From Tepidamorphaceae bacterium (GTDB lineage: Bacteria; Pseudomonadota; Alphaproteobacteria; Rhizobiales; JAKSCL01), in assembly GCA_028289445.1 (NCBI GenBank), contig JANQPO010000017.1:479537-543536 (forward strand): DNA of 64,000 nucleotides, given 5' to 3'. This document shows positions 18,058 to 28,275 of this stretch, piece by piece (position 1 is the first letter of the stretch; each line of letters opens with the position of its first letter). Under the pieces are notes generated by a model. That model had not been told where the DNA came from, did no database searches, and was given only the letters and a program-made list of their open reading frames with translations. A program made the position numbers and the translations under genes.

Positions 18058-19086
18058 CTAAAACGTGAACAAGCTTAGGCCAATGGATATTCCTGCGCCA
18101 CCGGAGATGACCAGAACCCGGTCACCGCGCGTGATCTGCCGCTGATCGATGGCAAGGCTGAGCGCGAGCGGCACACTGGCGGAAACCGTGTTGCCATAAT
18201 CGCGATGGATGTCGAAGTGGCGGTCGGCGGGCAGTTTCAGCGCCTCCAAGAGGCGGTCCGAAAAGCGTGCGCTGGCGCTGTGAATGAGGCTGATATCGTA
18301 GTCTGGATCGATGAGCCAAGGTGTTTCGGCGAACATCTTTTCTATCAGAATTTGGCACGCCGACAGAAGGTCGGTGGAATAGGAGTAAAACTTCTCCGGT
18401 TCGATCCGCTCGGATAGCTGCGGGGCGAAACGGCCGACGTTCTTGAGCGGGATCATGCACAGGTCATGGTGCTCCGCTTCAGTTGCGAAAGTGACGTCGA
18501 TATCGGGGCCATCGGCGGTGAGGACCGTCGCGGTCGCCGCTTCTCCAACGGTGAGACCGGCCAGATAGCGGTCGAGGTCGGATGACGACTGAAGCTCGAA
18601 TTGGCCGAAGTCGGTCATGCCCGCTTCGCAGTTGACCACGAGCGCGGTTTTATAGTTCCCCGTCTTGAGGAGGGCCTGGACGACTTCTAGTGCGCGGAGC
18701 CAACTGACGCAGGCGTCCAGAATGTCGAAGGCCGTTGCGCTGTGTGCCCCCAATTGGTGTTGGACCAAGCTGGCATGGGACGGTTCGACGGCGCCGCGCC
18801 CGACGCCGACATAGATGACGAGGTCGAGATCGTTTGCGGTCAGCTCAGCGGCCTCAAGTGCGTCGCGAGCAGCGTCGATCGTCATGTGGAACACCGGGGC
18901 GTCGAACTCGGCGACATGACGGCGTTCGGTTCCGCTCAATACGAATCCGGCCTGTAGCCGACGTTCCAGGCGATCCAGTTCGGCTGCGGAGCAATGAGCG
19001 GCACTAGCGGCCCGAACCAGCGCCGCGAGATCGTCATTGCTCAACACCCGATCGGGCAGGCGGTGCCGTACCGACGCAATCTTCAA
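18058..19086 (-). CDS. 3-oxoacyl-ACP synthase III (FabH)-like condensing enzyme, non-housekeeping context
   Basis: 342 aa with a TTG start. Cys126 (DILDACVSW), His269 (SLIHSAS), Asn299 (DYGNTVSASVPLAL). The His-to-Asn spacing of 30 is as in E. coli FabH. C-terminal GGAGISIG. Confidence 0.8.
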   Translation of the reverse strand: MKIASVRHRLPDRVLSNDDLAALVRAASAAHCSAAELDRLERRLQAGFVLSGTERRHVAEFDAPVFHMTIDAARDALEAAELTANDLDLVIYVGVGRGAVEPSHASLVQHQLGAHSATAFDILDACVSWLRALEVVQALLKTGNYKTALVVNCEAGMTDFGQFELQSSSDLDRYLAGLTVGEAATATVLTADGPDIDVTFATEAEHHDLCMIPLKNVGRFAPQLSERIEPEKFYSYSTDLLSACQILIEKMFAETPWLIDPDYDISLIHSASARFSDRLLEALKLPADRHFDIHRDYGNTVSASVPLALSLAIDQRQITRGDRVLVISGGAGISIGLSLFTF

Positions 19087-19154
19087 GCCAACGCCCCTTT
19101 TCCCCTTCGGATTTCACCGTAGTGAAGGTGGATTGGGCGTCAACGGAGCGTGCC

Positions 19155-20261
19155 TCACTTTCCAGTGATTTCGTCGATACCCCAGTCACTTAGCACCTCG
19201 GCCGTGTGTTCGCCCGGCTTTGGTGGCGACCGCTGGATGCTTGGCTCTGTCCGGCTGAAGCGTGGGGCGGGGGCCGGTTGGACGACGCCGTCGCGCTCGA
19301 CAAAGGTGCCGCGAGCCTGATTGTGGGAGTGGGCGGGTGCTTCGTTCATGTCGAGGATTGGCGCGAAGCACACATCGGTTCCCTCCAGACGCTCGCACCA
19401 CTCGGCGCGCGTCTTCGACTTGAAGATTGCTTGAAACTTTTCCCTCAGAGCCGGCCAAGACGCCGTGTCCTCGCGGGCGTCGAACGCATGATCGTCGGCA
19501 CCGATCTTTTCCCGCAAAAGGGCATAGAACTGCGGTTCGATGGCACCGATGCCGATCCATTTGCCGTCCGCGCATTCGAAGGTGCCGTAGTAGGGCGCGC
19601 CGCCATCGAGGAAATTGCTCTCTCGCGCATTCGTCCAATGGCCGTCCGCCTTGAAGCCGTAGATCATGGTCATGAGATGCGCGGCGCCATCCGTCATCGC
19701 CGCGTCGATCACCTGGCCTTGACCGGAAGACCGCGCCTCAAGCAGTGCGCACACCATGCCGAACGCCAGATAGAGCGCGCCGCCACCGAAATCGCCGATC
19801 AGATTGAGCGGCGGAACCGGTCCGCCCGCCTTCGTGCCGATGGAATGCAGCGCACCGGTGAGCGCGATGTAATTGATATCGTGACCGGCCGCGTGGGCGA
19901 GGGGACCGTCCTGGCCCCAGCCCGTCATCCGCCCATAGACCAGCTTGGGATTGTGCGCCAGGCAGGTCTCCGGCGACAGACCCATCCGCTCCATCACGCC
20001 GGGCCGGAAGCCCTCGATCAGGCCGTCGGCTTTGCCGATCAGCGCCTTGGCGCGCGCCAGACCCTCCGGCGTCTTCACATTGGCGGCGACCGACCGGCGG
20101 CCACGCGCCAACACATCGTAGGTTACAGCGATACCGGTGTGCGCATCCGGCCGCTCGATCCGCACGACATCGGCACCCATGTCGGCCAACAGCATCGCGG
20201 CGAACGGGCCGGGGCCAATGCCCGCCATTTCAACGATCCGGATGCCGGCAAGCGGTCCCAT
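19155..20261 (-). CDS. Class III CoA-transferase (CaiB/BaiF family; alpha-methylacyl-CoA racemase-like)
   Basis: 368 aa. The N-terminus [38 protein letters not shown] is diagnostic of the family. Confidence 0.85.
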   Translation of the reverse strand: MGPLAGIRIVEMAGIGPGPFAAMLLADMGADVVRIERPDAHTGIAVTYDVLARGRRSVAANVKTPEGLARAKALIGKADGLIEGFRPGVMERMGLSPETCLAHNPKLVYGRMTGWGQDGPLAHAAGHDINYIALTGALHSIGTKAGGPVPPLNLIGDFGGGALYLAFGMVCALLEARSSGQGQVIDAAMTDGAAHLMTMIYGFKADGHWTNARESNFLDGGAPYYGTFECADGKWIGIGAIEPQFYALLREKIGADDHAFDAREDTASWPALREKFQAIFKSKTRAEWCERLEGTDVCFAPILDMNEAPAHSHNQARGTFVERDGVVQPAPAPRFSRTEPSIQRSPPKPGEHTAEVLSDWGIDEITGK

Positions 20262-20277
20262 GAGATTTACGCTCCGG

Positions 20278-21102
20278 TCAAAAGGTCAGGCCACCGCCGA
20301 CGATCAAGGTCTGTCCGCTGATGTAATTCGACTCCGGCGCGCACAGGAGATAGACGCCATCGGCGGCCTCCTCTGGCGTGCCGGCCCGGCCGAGCGGGAT
20401 GATCATTTGCACCATCGCCGCCATGCCCTTGGGGATGCCGACGGCGATGTCGTTGCCATCGACCGTGATCGTCTTTTTTTCGTCGACCGCTTCGGTCAGT
20501 CGCGTTTCGATCAGGCCGAGGGCGACGCAATTGACGTTGACCTTGTAGCGTCCCCATTCCTTGGCCATGGCGCGCGTCAGCCCGATCACGCCGGCCTTGG
20601 CGGATGCATAGTTCGCCTGGCCGACATTGCCGCCGGTCGCCGCGATGGACGAAATATTGACGACCTTGCGGAACACTTCGGTGCCGGCCTCGGCTTCGGC
20701 CTTCGCGGTTGAGCGGATGAAGTCGCTCGCCGCGCGCAGGATTCGGAAGGGGGCCTTCAGATGGACATCGAGCATGGCGTCGAACTGATCGTCGCCCATG
20801 TCCTGGATCATTGAGTCCCAGGTGTAGCCGGCATTGTTGACGATGATGTCGACGCCGCCGAACGTGTCGATCCCGGTCTGGATGAAGCGGTCGGCGAAGC
20901 CGTCGTCAGTGACGCTGCCGATGGCGGCGGTGGCGCGACCGCCAGCGGCTTCGATGGCGTCAATCGTCTCGCCGACCGGTTCTTTATCTAGATCGTTGAC
21001 GACGACGGCCGCGCCCTCGCGCGCCAGTTTCAGGGCGATCGCGCGGCCGATGCCGCGGCCCGCGCCGGTCACATAAGCGGTCTTGCCGGTGAGCTTGCTC
21101 AT
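20278..21102 (-). CDS. SDR family oxidoreductase (FabG-like)
   Basis: 274 aa. [12 protein letters not shown] cofactor motif and the catalytic NYASAKAG (YxxxK). Confidence 0.85.
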   Translation of the reverse strand: MSKLTGKTAYVTGAGRGIGRAIALKLAREGAAVVVNDLDKEPVGETIDAIEAAGGRATAAIGSVTDDGFADRFIQTGIDTFGGVDIIVNNAGYTWDSMIQDMGDDQFDAMLDVHLKAPFRILRAASDFIRSTAKAEAEAGTEVFRKVVNISSIAATGGNVGQANYASAKAGVIGLTRAMAKEWGRYKVNVNCVALGLIETRLTEAVDEKKTITVDGNDIAVGIPKGMAAMVQMIIPLGRAGTPEEAADGVYLLCAPESNYISGQTLIVGGGLTF

Positions 21103-21190
21103 GATCCCCCGTCACCCGTTTCTAGCGTTGAACCAGCGAACGGGCTTTTGGCGATCAAGGCAAGGGCGAAATTTGAGTCGGTGCCGTGGG

Positions 21191-22102
21191 TTACGCCGAT
21201 TTCTTAATGAACGTGCCGGCGTTCAGGTCGCGCATCGCCTGGCGGAGTTCGTCCTGGGTGTTCATGACGATCGGGCCATGCCAGGCGACCGGTTCGCGGA
21301 TGGGGCTGCCGGAGACCAACAGAAAGCGGATACCGTGTTCGCCGGCCTGAACGGTGATCGTATCGCCGGTGCCGAACAGCACGAGCGAGCGGTCGCCGGT
21401 CCGGTCGCGGATCAGAATTTCTTCGCCGCCGGCTTCTTTCTCCAACAGAACGCCGACAGGATCCGACGCGTCGCGGAACGTGCCGGCGCCTTCGAAGATA
21501 TAGGCGAAGGCCTTTTGATATGTGTCGACCGGCAAGGTCTTCTTGATGCCGGGCGGGATGAAAATGTCGAGATAGCGCGGCTGCGCCGCGATCCCATCGA
21601 CCGGGCCGATCTGGCCCCAAAACGTGCCGCAAATGACCTTAACGCGGGTGCCGTCATCGTCGATGATCTCTGGAATGTCGGTGGCCTTGACGTCCTGATA
21701 GCGCGGGTCGGTCATCTTCAAGCTGGACGGCAGGTTCGCCCAAAGCTGGAAACCGTGCATGCGGCCAGCCGCGTCGCCCTTCGGCATCTCTTGATGCAGG
21801 ATGCCGCTGCCGGCGGTCATCCACTGCACGTCGCCAGCCTCAAGCGCGCCGACATTGCCGAGCGAGTCGCCATGATCGACCGTGCCGGTCAGCACATAGG
21901 TGATGGTCTCGATGCCGCGATGGGGATGCCAGGGAAAACCGCGCAGATAGTCTTCCGGCCGATCGTTGCGGAAGTCGTCGAAAAGCAGGAACGGGTCGGC
22001 GAGGTCCGGGTCGCCGAAGCCGAAGGCGCGGTGCAGTTTGACACCAGCGCCTTCTAGCGTTGGCTGGGCTTCGGAAATCTGGGCGACGGGACGAATGGAC
22101 AT
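21191..22102 (-). CDS. Pirin family protein
   Basis: 303 aa. Cupin metal site FPWHPHRGIETITYVL and a typical pirin bicupin length. Confidence 0.85.
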   Translation of the reverse strand: MSIRPVAQISEAQPTLEGAGVKLHRAFGFGDPDLADPFLLFDDFRNDRPEDYLRGFPWHPHRGIETITYVLTGTVDHGDSLGNVGALEAGDVQWMTAGSGILHQEMPKGDAAGRMHGFQLWANLPSSLKMTDPRYQDVKATDIPEIIDDDGTRVKVICGTFWGQIGPVDGIAAQPRYLDIFIPPGIKKTLPVDTYQKAFAYIFEGAGTFRDASDPVGVLLEKEAGGEEILIRDRTGDRSLVLFGTGDTITVQAGEHGIRFLLVSGSPIREPVAWHGPIVMNTQDELRQAMRDLNAGTFIKKSA

Positions 22103-22207
22103 GGGACAACGCAGCTCCGGCCTTTAGGGAATGGACAGTCTACGCCAGTCCATATCGTTCTGGACATTGAGAAAGGCCAGTCCACGAAAAGTGGACAGAC
22201 TGTCCAC
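22096..22207. promoter_or_regulatory. Array of seven TGGAC/GTCCA pentamers, including a perfect 17-bp palindrome, upstream of pirin
   Basis: TGGAC at 22096, 22132, 22161 and 22192. GTCCA at 22148, 22180 and 22202. gtggacagactgtccac (22191-22207) is a perfect 8+1+8 palindrome. gtccac-N5-gtggac lies at 22180-22196. On the minus strand the palindrome is followed by ttttcg, so it may double as the terminator of the LacI-family gene. Confidence 0.45.
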
Positions 22208-22230
22208 GCCTGTGCACCAAGGCAAGGACC

Positions 22231-23250
22231 CTAGGGCGCGGGGCCGGTCGAGCGGCCAAGCACCAACTCAGCCTCCCACAGTTCCTGCGTATGCTCCATC
22301 GCCGGGTCATCGATGTGCTGGATGAGGATCTCCGCCGCGCGCTTGCCGGCCTTGCGGATCGACGAGCGGATCGAAGTCAGGAGCGGGATTTCACGATTGT
22401 CCTCGATGAACGACAAACAGTCGTCATAGGCGATCAGCGAAACGTCTTGACCCAATTGCAGTCCACGTTCTTGAACGGCTCTTACGACACCAAGGGCCGG
22501 GATCATGCTGGACGCGACAACCGCGGACGGCGGGTCCGGCAGATCGAACATCGCGGTCATGGCCGAATAGCCATAGGGTTCGATCATGTCGGCGGAGTGC
22601 ATGAGGTCCGGATCGGTGGCGATGCCGCGTCGATCGAGCGCTTCCAGATATCCCCGCCGCCGCCGGTCGGCGAAGCCCATGTTCTCCAGTCCGTTGACGA
22701 GCGCGATCCGCTCATGCCCCAGATCGATCAGGAGTTCGGTCGCGCGCTGAAAGGCGCGTCGGTTGTTGACGTCGAGCCAGCTATAGCCGGTTTCGGGATG
22801 CTGGCTGCGGCCATGCACCACGAAGGGAACCTGCAAGTCATTGAGGAGCTTAATCCGCCGGTCGTTGACCATCGGCCCGTGGACGATCAGTCCATCGACG
22901 CGCCGGCTGGCGGCCAAGTTGCGATAGATCATGTCCTCGCGCTCGCCGTCGACCACGGTCATCAGCATGTCATAGTCGGCGTCAGCGTAGGCCTCGCCGG
23001 CGCCGGCGATGAACTCGGCGAAGTGGGGATTAATCATGTCGTGATTGGAGAGGGGCACGACGTGGCCGATCGTGCGGGACTTGCCCGTCGCGAGCCGCGT
23101 GGCGTTGGGACTTGGCCGGTAGTTGAAGTCGCGGGCGGCCGCGGCGACCCGGCGGCGCGTCTCCTCGCTGACCTCTGGATAGCCGTTCAACGCACGGCTC
23201 ACCGTCGTCTGCGACAGGTTCAAATGTTCGGCCAATTGTTTAAGGTTCAC
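22231..23250 (-). CDS. LacI family transcriptional regulator
   Basis: ORF 22231-23271 (TTG) trimmed to the GTG at 23250, giving the typical N-terminal HTH VNLKQLAEHLNLSQTTVSRALNG. Periplasmic-binding-protein-like effector domain. Confidence 0.85.
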   Translation of the reverse strand: MNLKQLAEHLNLSQTTVSRALNGYPEVSEETRRRVAAAARDFNYRPSPNATRLATGKSRTIGHVVPLSNHDMINPHFAEFIAGAGEAYADADYDMLMTVVDGEREDMIYRNLAASRRVDGLIVHGPMVNDRRIKLLNDLQVPFVVHGRSQHPETGYSWLDVNNRRAFQRATELLIDLGHERIALVNGLENMGFADRRRRGYLEALDRRGIATDPDLMHSADMIEPYGYSAMTAMFDLPDPPSAVVASSMIPALGVVRAVQERGLQLGQDVSLIAYDDCLSFIEDNREIPLLTSIRSSIRKAGKRAAEILIQHIDDPAMEHTQELWEAELVLGRSTGPAP

Positions 23251-23267
23251 GCCGCGTCTTCCAGTCC

Positions 23268-23281
23268 TCAAAGCGCTTTGA
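23268..23281. promoter_or_regulatory. LacI-type operator O1, perfect 14-bp palindrome TCAAAGCGCTTTGA
   Basis: Read directly. It has the central CG typical of LacI/GalR operators and lies 18 bp upstream of the preferred regulator start. Confidence 0.55.
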
Positions 23282-23474
23282 AGAATTCATTGTTATGGCG
23301 ATAAAAACACATAACGACATGCGCCGTCAAAGGCGAAGCTGCGTCAGCGCCGATTCTCCTCTCAATGGTAAAGCTAGGATTTTAGCCTGTTCTCGCGAAC
23401 CTTTTGTCCTCGGCGGCGCGGTTCATTCATGATTCCAGCTTGACTCTCAAACGCCTTCGCGATTTTATCGCGTT

Positions 23475-23488
23475 CCAAAGCCCTTTGA
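23475..23488. promoter_or_regulatory. LacI-type operator O2 (cCAAAGCCCTTTGa), one central mismatch to O1
   Basis: The core caaagccctttg matches the O1 core caaagcgctttg at 11 of 12 positions. It lies about 78 bp upstream of the binding-protein ATG at 23566. Confidence 0.45.
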
Positions 23489-23565
23489 AAAGAGGCTGAC
23501 CAGCACCGCAGCATCGGTGCGACATGGTCGAAGAAGCACAACACCTGCTTCCTGGGAGGATAGCG

Positions 23566-24921
23566 ATGAAGAAGACCCTCATTCTCGGCACAGCCGTTCT
23601 GGCGCTGTCGGTCGGTTCCGCCTTCGCACAGGACAATCTGAAATTCCCCCCGGGTGAGGGCGGTTTCAACTGGGCGAGCTACGAGGCATTTGCTGAAGCG
23701 AACACCCTGGACGGTGAGACGCTGAGCATGTTCGGGCCCTGGCGCGGTGACGATCAGGCGCTGGTGGAGAGCATTCTGGCCTACTTCTCCGCGGCGACCG
23801 GTGCCACGGTCAACTATGCGTCGTCGGAAACCTATGAGCAGCAGATCGTGATCGATGCGGAGGCGGGCAGCCCCCCGAACATCGCCGTCTTGCCGCAGCC
23901 CGGCCTTATCGCGGATCTGGTCGCTAAGGGCTTTGTCGAGCCGCTGGGCGGCGAGACGGAGCAGTGGCTCCTAGAGAACTATGCCGCCGGTAGCTCCTGG
24001 GTCGGTCTCGGGTCCTATGCGGGCCCGGACGGTGAGGAGCGGCTTTACGCTTTGCCTTACAAGATCGATGTGAAGTCGCTGGTCTGGTACGTGCCGGAGA
24101 ATTTCGAGGACGCGGGCTACGAAGTGCCCGAGACCATGGAAGAGCTCAAGGCCCTGACCCAGCAGATCGTCGACGATGGCGAGACGCCGTGGTGTATCGG
24201 GCTTGGTTCCGGCGGCGCCACCGGCTGGCCGGCCACGGACTGGGTCGAGGATATGATGCTTCGCACCCAACCGCCGGAGGTCTACGACCAGTGGGTCGCC
24301 AATGAGATCGCCTTCACCGACGAGCGCGTCGTCGGCGCGATTGAGGAATTTGGCGCATTCGCCCGCAACGACGCTTTCGTCGCCGGCGGTGCCGGAACCG
24401 TGGCGTCCACCGACTTCCGGGATAGCCCCAAGGGTCTCTTCGCGTCGCCACCGCAGTGCTACATGCACCGTCAGGCGTCGTTCATCCCGACGTTCTTTCC
24501 CGATGGCGTCGAGCTTGGCGTGGACGCGGACTTCTTCTACTTCCCCGCCTATGCGGGCAAGGATCTCGGCAGCCCGCTTCTGGGTGCCGGCACGCTTGTC
24601 TTCATCACCAAGGACAGCCCGGCCGCACGCGCCTTCGTGGAATTCCTGAAGACGCCGATCGCGCATGAACTCTGGATGGCGCAGTCCGGCTTCCTCACGC
24701 CGCTGAAGTCGGTCAATCCCGACCTCTACGGCGATTCGACGCTCAAGAAGATGGGTCAAATCCTGCTGAATGCGACCACGTTCCGCTTCGACGGTTCGGA
24801 CCTGATGCCAGCCGGCGTCGGTGCCGGCTCGTTTTGGACCGGCATGGTGGATTATGCTGGCGGCAAGCCGGCCGCCGATGTCGCGTCCGAAATTCAGGCG
24901 AGCTGGGACGCCCTGAAGTAG
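23566..24921 (+). CDS. Sugar ABC transporter substrate-binding protein (AglE-like, alpha-glucoside type)
   Basis: ORF 23524-24921 trimmed to the ATG at 23566 after the gggagga RBS. Signal peptide MKKTLILGTAVLALSVGSAFA. Gene order and sizes resemble S. meliloti aglEFG(A)K as I recall it. Confidence 0.8.
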   Translation: MKKTLILGTAVLALSVGSAFAQDNLKFPPGEGGFNWASYEAFAEANTLDGETLSMFGPWRGDDQALVESILAYFSAATGATVNYASSETYEQQIVIDAEAGSPPNIAVLPQPGLIADLVAKGFVEPLGGETEQWLLENYAAGSSWVGLGSYAGPDGEERLYALPYKIDVKSLVWYVPENFEDAGYEVPETMEELKALTQQIVDDGETPWCIGLGSGGATGWPATDWVEDMMLRTQPPEVYDQWVANEIAFTDERVVGAIEEFGAFARNDAFVAGGAGTVASTDFRDSPKGLFASPPQCYMHRQASFIPTFFPDGVELGVDADFFYFPAYAGKDLGSPLLGAGTLVFITKDSPAARAFVEFLKTPIAHELWMAQSGFLTPLKSVNPDLYGDSTLKKMGQILLNATTFRFDGSDLMPAGVGAGSFWTGMVDYAGGKPAADVASEIQASWDALK

Positions 24922-24943
24922 GAGCGTCCGGCGCCAAGGGATC

Positions 24944-24970
24944 GCACCGGCCGGATTACACGGCCGGTGC
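24944..24970 (+). terminator. Perfect 10-bp stem-loop between the binding-protein and permease genes
   Basis: gcaccggccg (24944-24953) and cggccggtgc (24961-24970) with a 7-nt loop and no T tract. Probably an mRNA stabiliser or attenuator. Confidence 0.5.
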
Positions 24971-25008
24971 AGCTCACGGCGCGTCTTTTCAGGTGACGGG
25001 AGGGAACA

Positions 25009-26007
25009 TTGCATCCGGCATTGGCAGGCATCGTGACGATCATCGTCGGCGTCGGCGGATGCATCGGGTATTTCTACTTTTCCAACCTGTTCATCGACAA
25101 GATTCTGTTCCCGGCCAAGGGGCCGAACATCAGTCGCAACATCAACCGGGCGAACATGATCCGCCCGTGGCTGTTTCTGTTTCCAGCGCTCTTCGCACTC
25201 GGCCTCTATCTGGCCTATCCGGTTTTCGCGACGTTCTGGCTGTCGTTGACGGACCGCGATGCCGGCGGCGCTTTCGTCGGTTTCGACAACTACTCCCAGA
25301 TGATGACGGAGCCGAAATTCTGGGAGGCCATCCGCAACAACATGTTGTGGCTGATCGTGGTGCCGGCGATGTCGACCGCCTTCGGTCTGCTTGCGGCGCA
25401 ACTCACCGACCGGATCACCTGGGGGAACTTCGCCAAGTCGCTGATCTTCATGCCGATGGCAATCAGCTTTGTCGGCGCCTCGGTGATCTGGAAGCTGATC
25501 TACGACACACGGCCCGAGGGACAGGACCAGATCGGTGTGCTCAATGCGATCTGGCTTTATTTCGGCGGTGAGCCGCAGACCTGGCTGACGATCACGCCCT
25601 GGAACAACTTCCTGTTGATGCTCGTGCTGATCTGGATCCAGACGGGTTTCGCCATGGTGATCCTCTCGGCCGCCTTGCGCGGTGTGCCGGAAGACACCGT
25701 CGAGGCGGCCATCATCGACGGCGCCAATCCGTTTCAGATCTTTTTCAAGATCAAGATTCCGCAAATCATGGGCACGATCGTGGTGGTGTGGACCACGATT
25801 ACCATCGTCGTGCTTAAGGTGTTCGATATCGTGCTGGCCATGACCAACGGTCAGTGGGAGACGCAGGTGCTTGCCAATTACATGTACGACAAGCTTTTCC
25901 GCGCCTTCGACTGGGGCGTCGGGTCGGCGAGCGCGATGATCATCATGTTGCTGGTCAGCCCGATCCTGGTCTGGAACGTCTACAACGCCCGCAAGGAGAT
26001 GCGCTGA
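25009..26007 (+). CDS. Carbohydrate ABC transporter permease (AglF/MalF-like)
   Basis: 332 aa. TTG start after the gggaggg RBS. Polytopic, with an EAA-loop region (AAIIDGANPFQIFFKIKIP). Confidence 0.8.
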   Translation: MHPALAGIVTIIVGVGGCIGYFYFSNLFIDKILFPAKGPNISRNINRANMIRPWLFLFPALFALGLYLAYPVFATFWLSLTDRDAGGAFVGFDNYSQMMTEPKFWEAIRNNMLWLIVVPAMSTAFGLLAAQLTDRITWGNFAKSLIFMPMAISFVGASVIWKLIYDTRPEGQDQIGVLNAIWLYFGGEPQTWLTITPWNNFLLMLVLIWIQTGFAMVILSAALRGVPEDTVEAAIIDGANPFQIFFKIKIPQIMGTIVVVWTTITIVVLKVFDIVLAMTNGQWETQVLANYMYDKLFRAFDWGVGSASAMIIMLLVSPILVWNVYNARKEMR

Positions 26008-26008
26008 G

Positions 26009-27154
26009 ATGGACAGGATCGTTGGCCAAAAGTCCGCGCTCCTGTGGGCCGTGCACATCTCCGTCATTCTGCTGGTTCTCGTTTGGGTATTTCCGACGAT
26101 TGGGCTGTTCGTCTCGTCGTTCCGCACCTCCGACCAGATTTCCAGCAGTGGGTGGTGGTCGGCACTCTCCACACAGGAACGCAGCGTGCCGGCCATCCGT
26201 GTGGCCGGCGATGAGCGGCAGGACGGCAATCTCTACGTCGTCGAGGGCGAGCTGTTTCCAGATACGGAGGCCAATGTCACGGCATGGGGGACGAGTTCGC
26301 GCCGGCCGACCGAGTTTCAGCCCGGCGACACGGCGGAGCTAAAGGATGGGTGGCGGCTCACCGTTTCGGCGACCGGAACTTATCGGCTGACTTCGCCGCA
26401 AAGCGTGGAAGGTGAGCGCCTCCCCCGGATTTTCTCCACGGCGGCGTCGCCACCGGAGTTCACTCTTGGCAACTACCGAAATGTCTTGTTCAGCTCGACG
26501 GCGGCGGCCGGTGTCGGACAGGCCTTCATTAACACGCTGACCGTGGCCATTCCGGCGACCGTTATTCCCATTCTGGTTGCGGCCTTTGCCGCCTACGCTT
26601 TGGCCTGGATGCAGTTTCCGGGCCGGGCGTTGCTGATCGCCGCCATTGTCGGTCTCCTCGTCGTGCCTTTGCAGCTTGCCTTGATCCCATTACTTCAGCT
26701 TCACAACGCCGTGGGCATCGGCAAGGGCTACCTCGGCGTCTGGTTGGCGCACACCGGCTTCGGCTTACCACTCGCGATCTATCTTTTGCGCAATTACATG
26801 GTCGGCCTGCCGCGTGACATCATCGAGTCGGCCAAGGTCGATGGGGCGACGGACTTCGAGATCTTCGTGAAGATCGTCTTGCCGTTATCGTTTCCGGCCT
26901 TGGCGTCGTTCGCGATTTTCCAGTTCCTGTGGACATGGAACGATCTTCTGGTGGCGCTGGTCTTTCTCGGCACCGATGACGACACGCTGGTGCTGACGGG
27001 GCGGCTCGTCAACCTGCTGGGCTCGCGCGGCGGTGACTGGGAAATCCTCGCCACGTCCGCCTTCGTGTCGATCGTCGTGCCTCTCATGGTTTTCTTCGCA
27101 ATGCAAAAATATCTCGTCCGCGGCCTGTTGGCGGGGTCGGTCAAAGGCGGCTGA
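26009..27154 (+). CDS. Carbohydrate ABC transporter permease with a large periplasmic loop (AglG/MalG-like)
   Basis: 381 aa. A soluble insert of about 130 aa follows TM1. EAA loop ESAKVDGATDFEIFVKIVLP. Confidence 0.8.
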   Translation: MDRIVGQKSALLWAVHISVILLVLVWVFPTIGLFVSSFRTSDQISSSGWWSALSTQERSVPAIRVAGDERQDGNLYVVEGELFPDTEANVTAWGTSSRRPTEFQPGDTAELKDGWRLTVSATGTYRLTSPQSVEGERLPRIFSTAASPPEFTLGNYRNVLFSSTAAAGVGQAFINTLTVAIPATVIPILVAAFAAYALAWMQFPGRALLIAAIVGLLVVPLQLALIPLLQLHNAVGIGKGYLGVWLAHTGFGLPLAIYLLRNYMVGLPRDIIESAKVDGATDFEIFVKIVLPLSFPALASFAIFQFLWTWNDLLVALVFLGTDDDTLVLTGRLVNLLGSRGGDWEILATSAFVSIVVPLMVFFAMQKYLVRGLLAGSVKGG

Positions 27155-27186
27155 GGCCGAAGCCCAAACGGGCAAGGGAGCGTATC

Positions 27187-28271
<1,085 letters not shown>

Positions 28272-28275
<4 letters not shown>

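Noticed and set aside
23971-26229. 752-aa ORF on the minus strand
   Set aside because: It is antisense to three well-supported ABC transporter genes. It is low-complexity and Arg/His/Asp-rich, with no motif and no RBS or start context.
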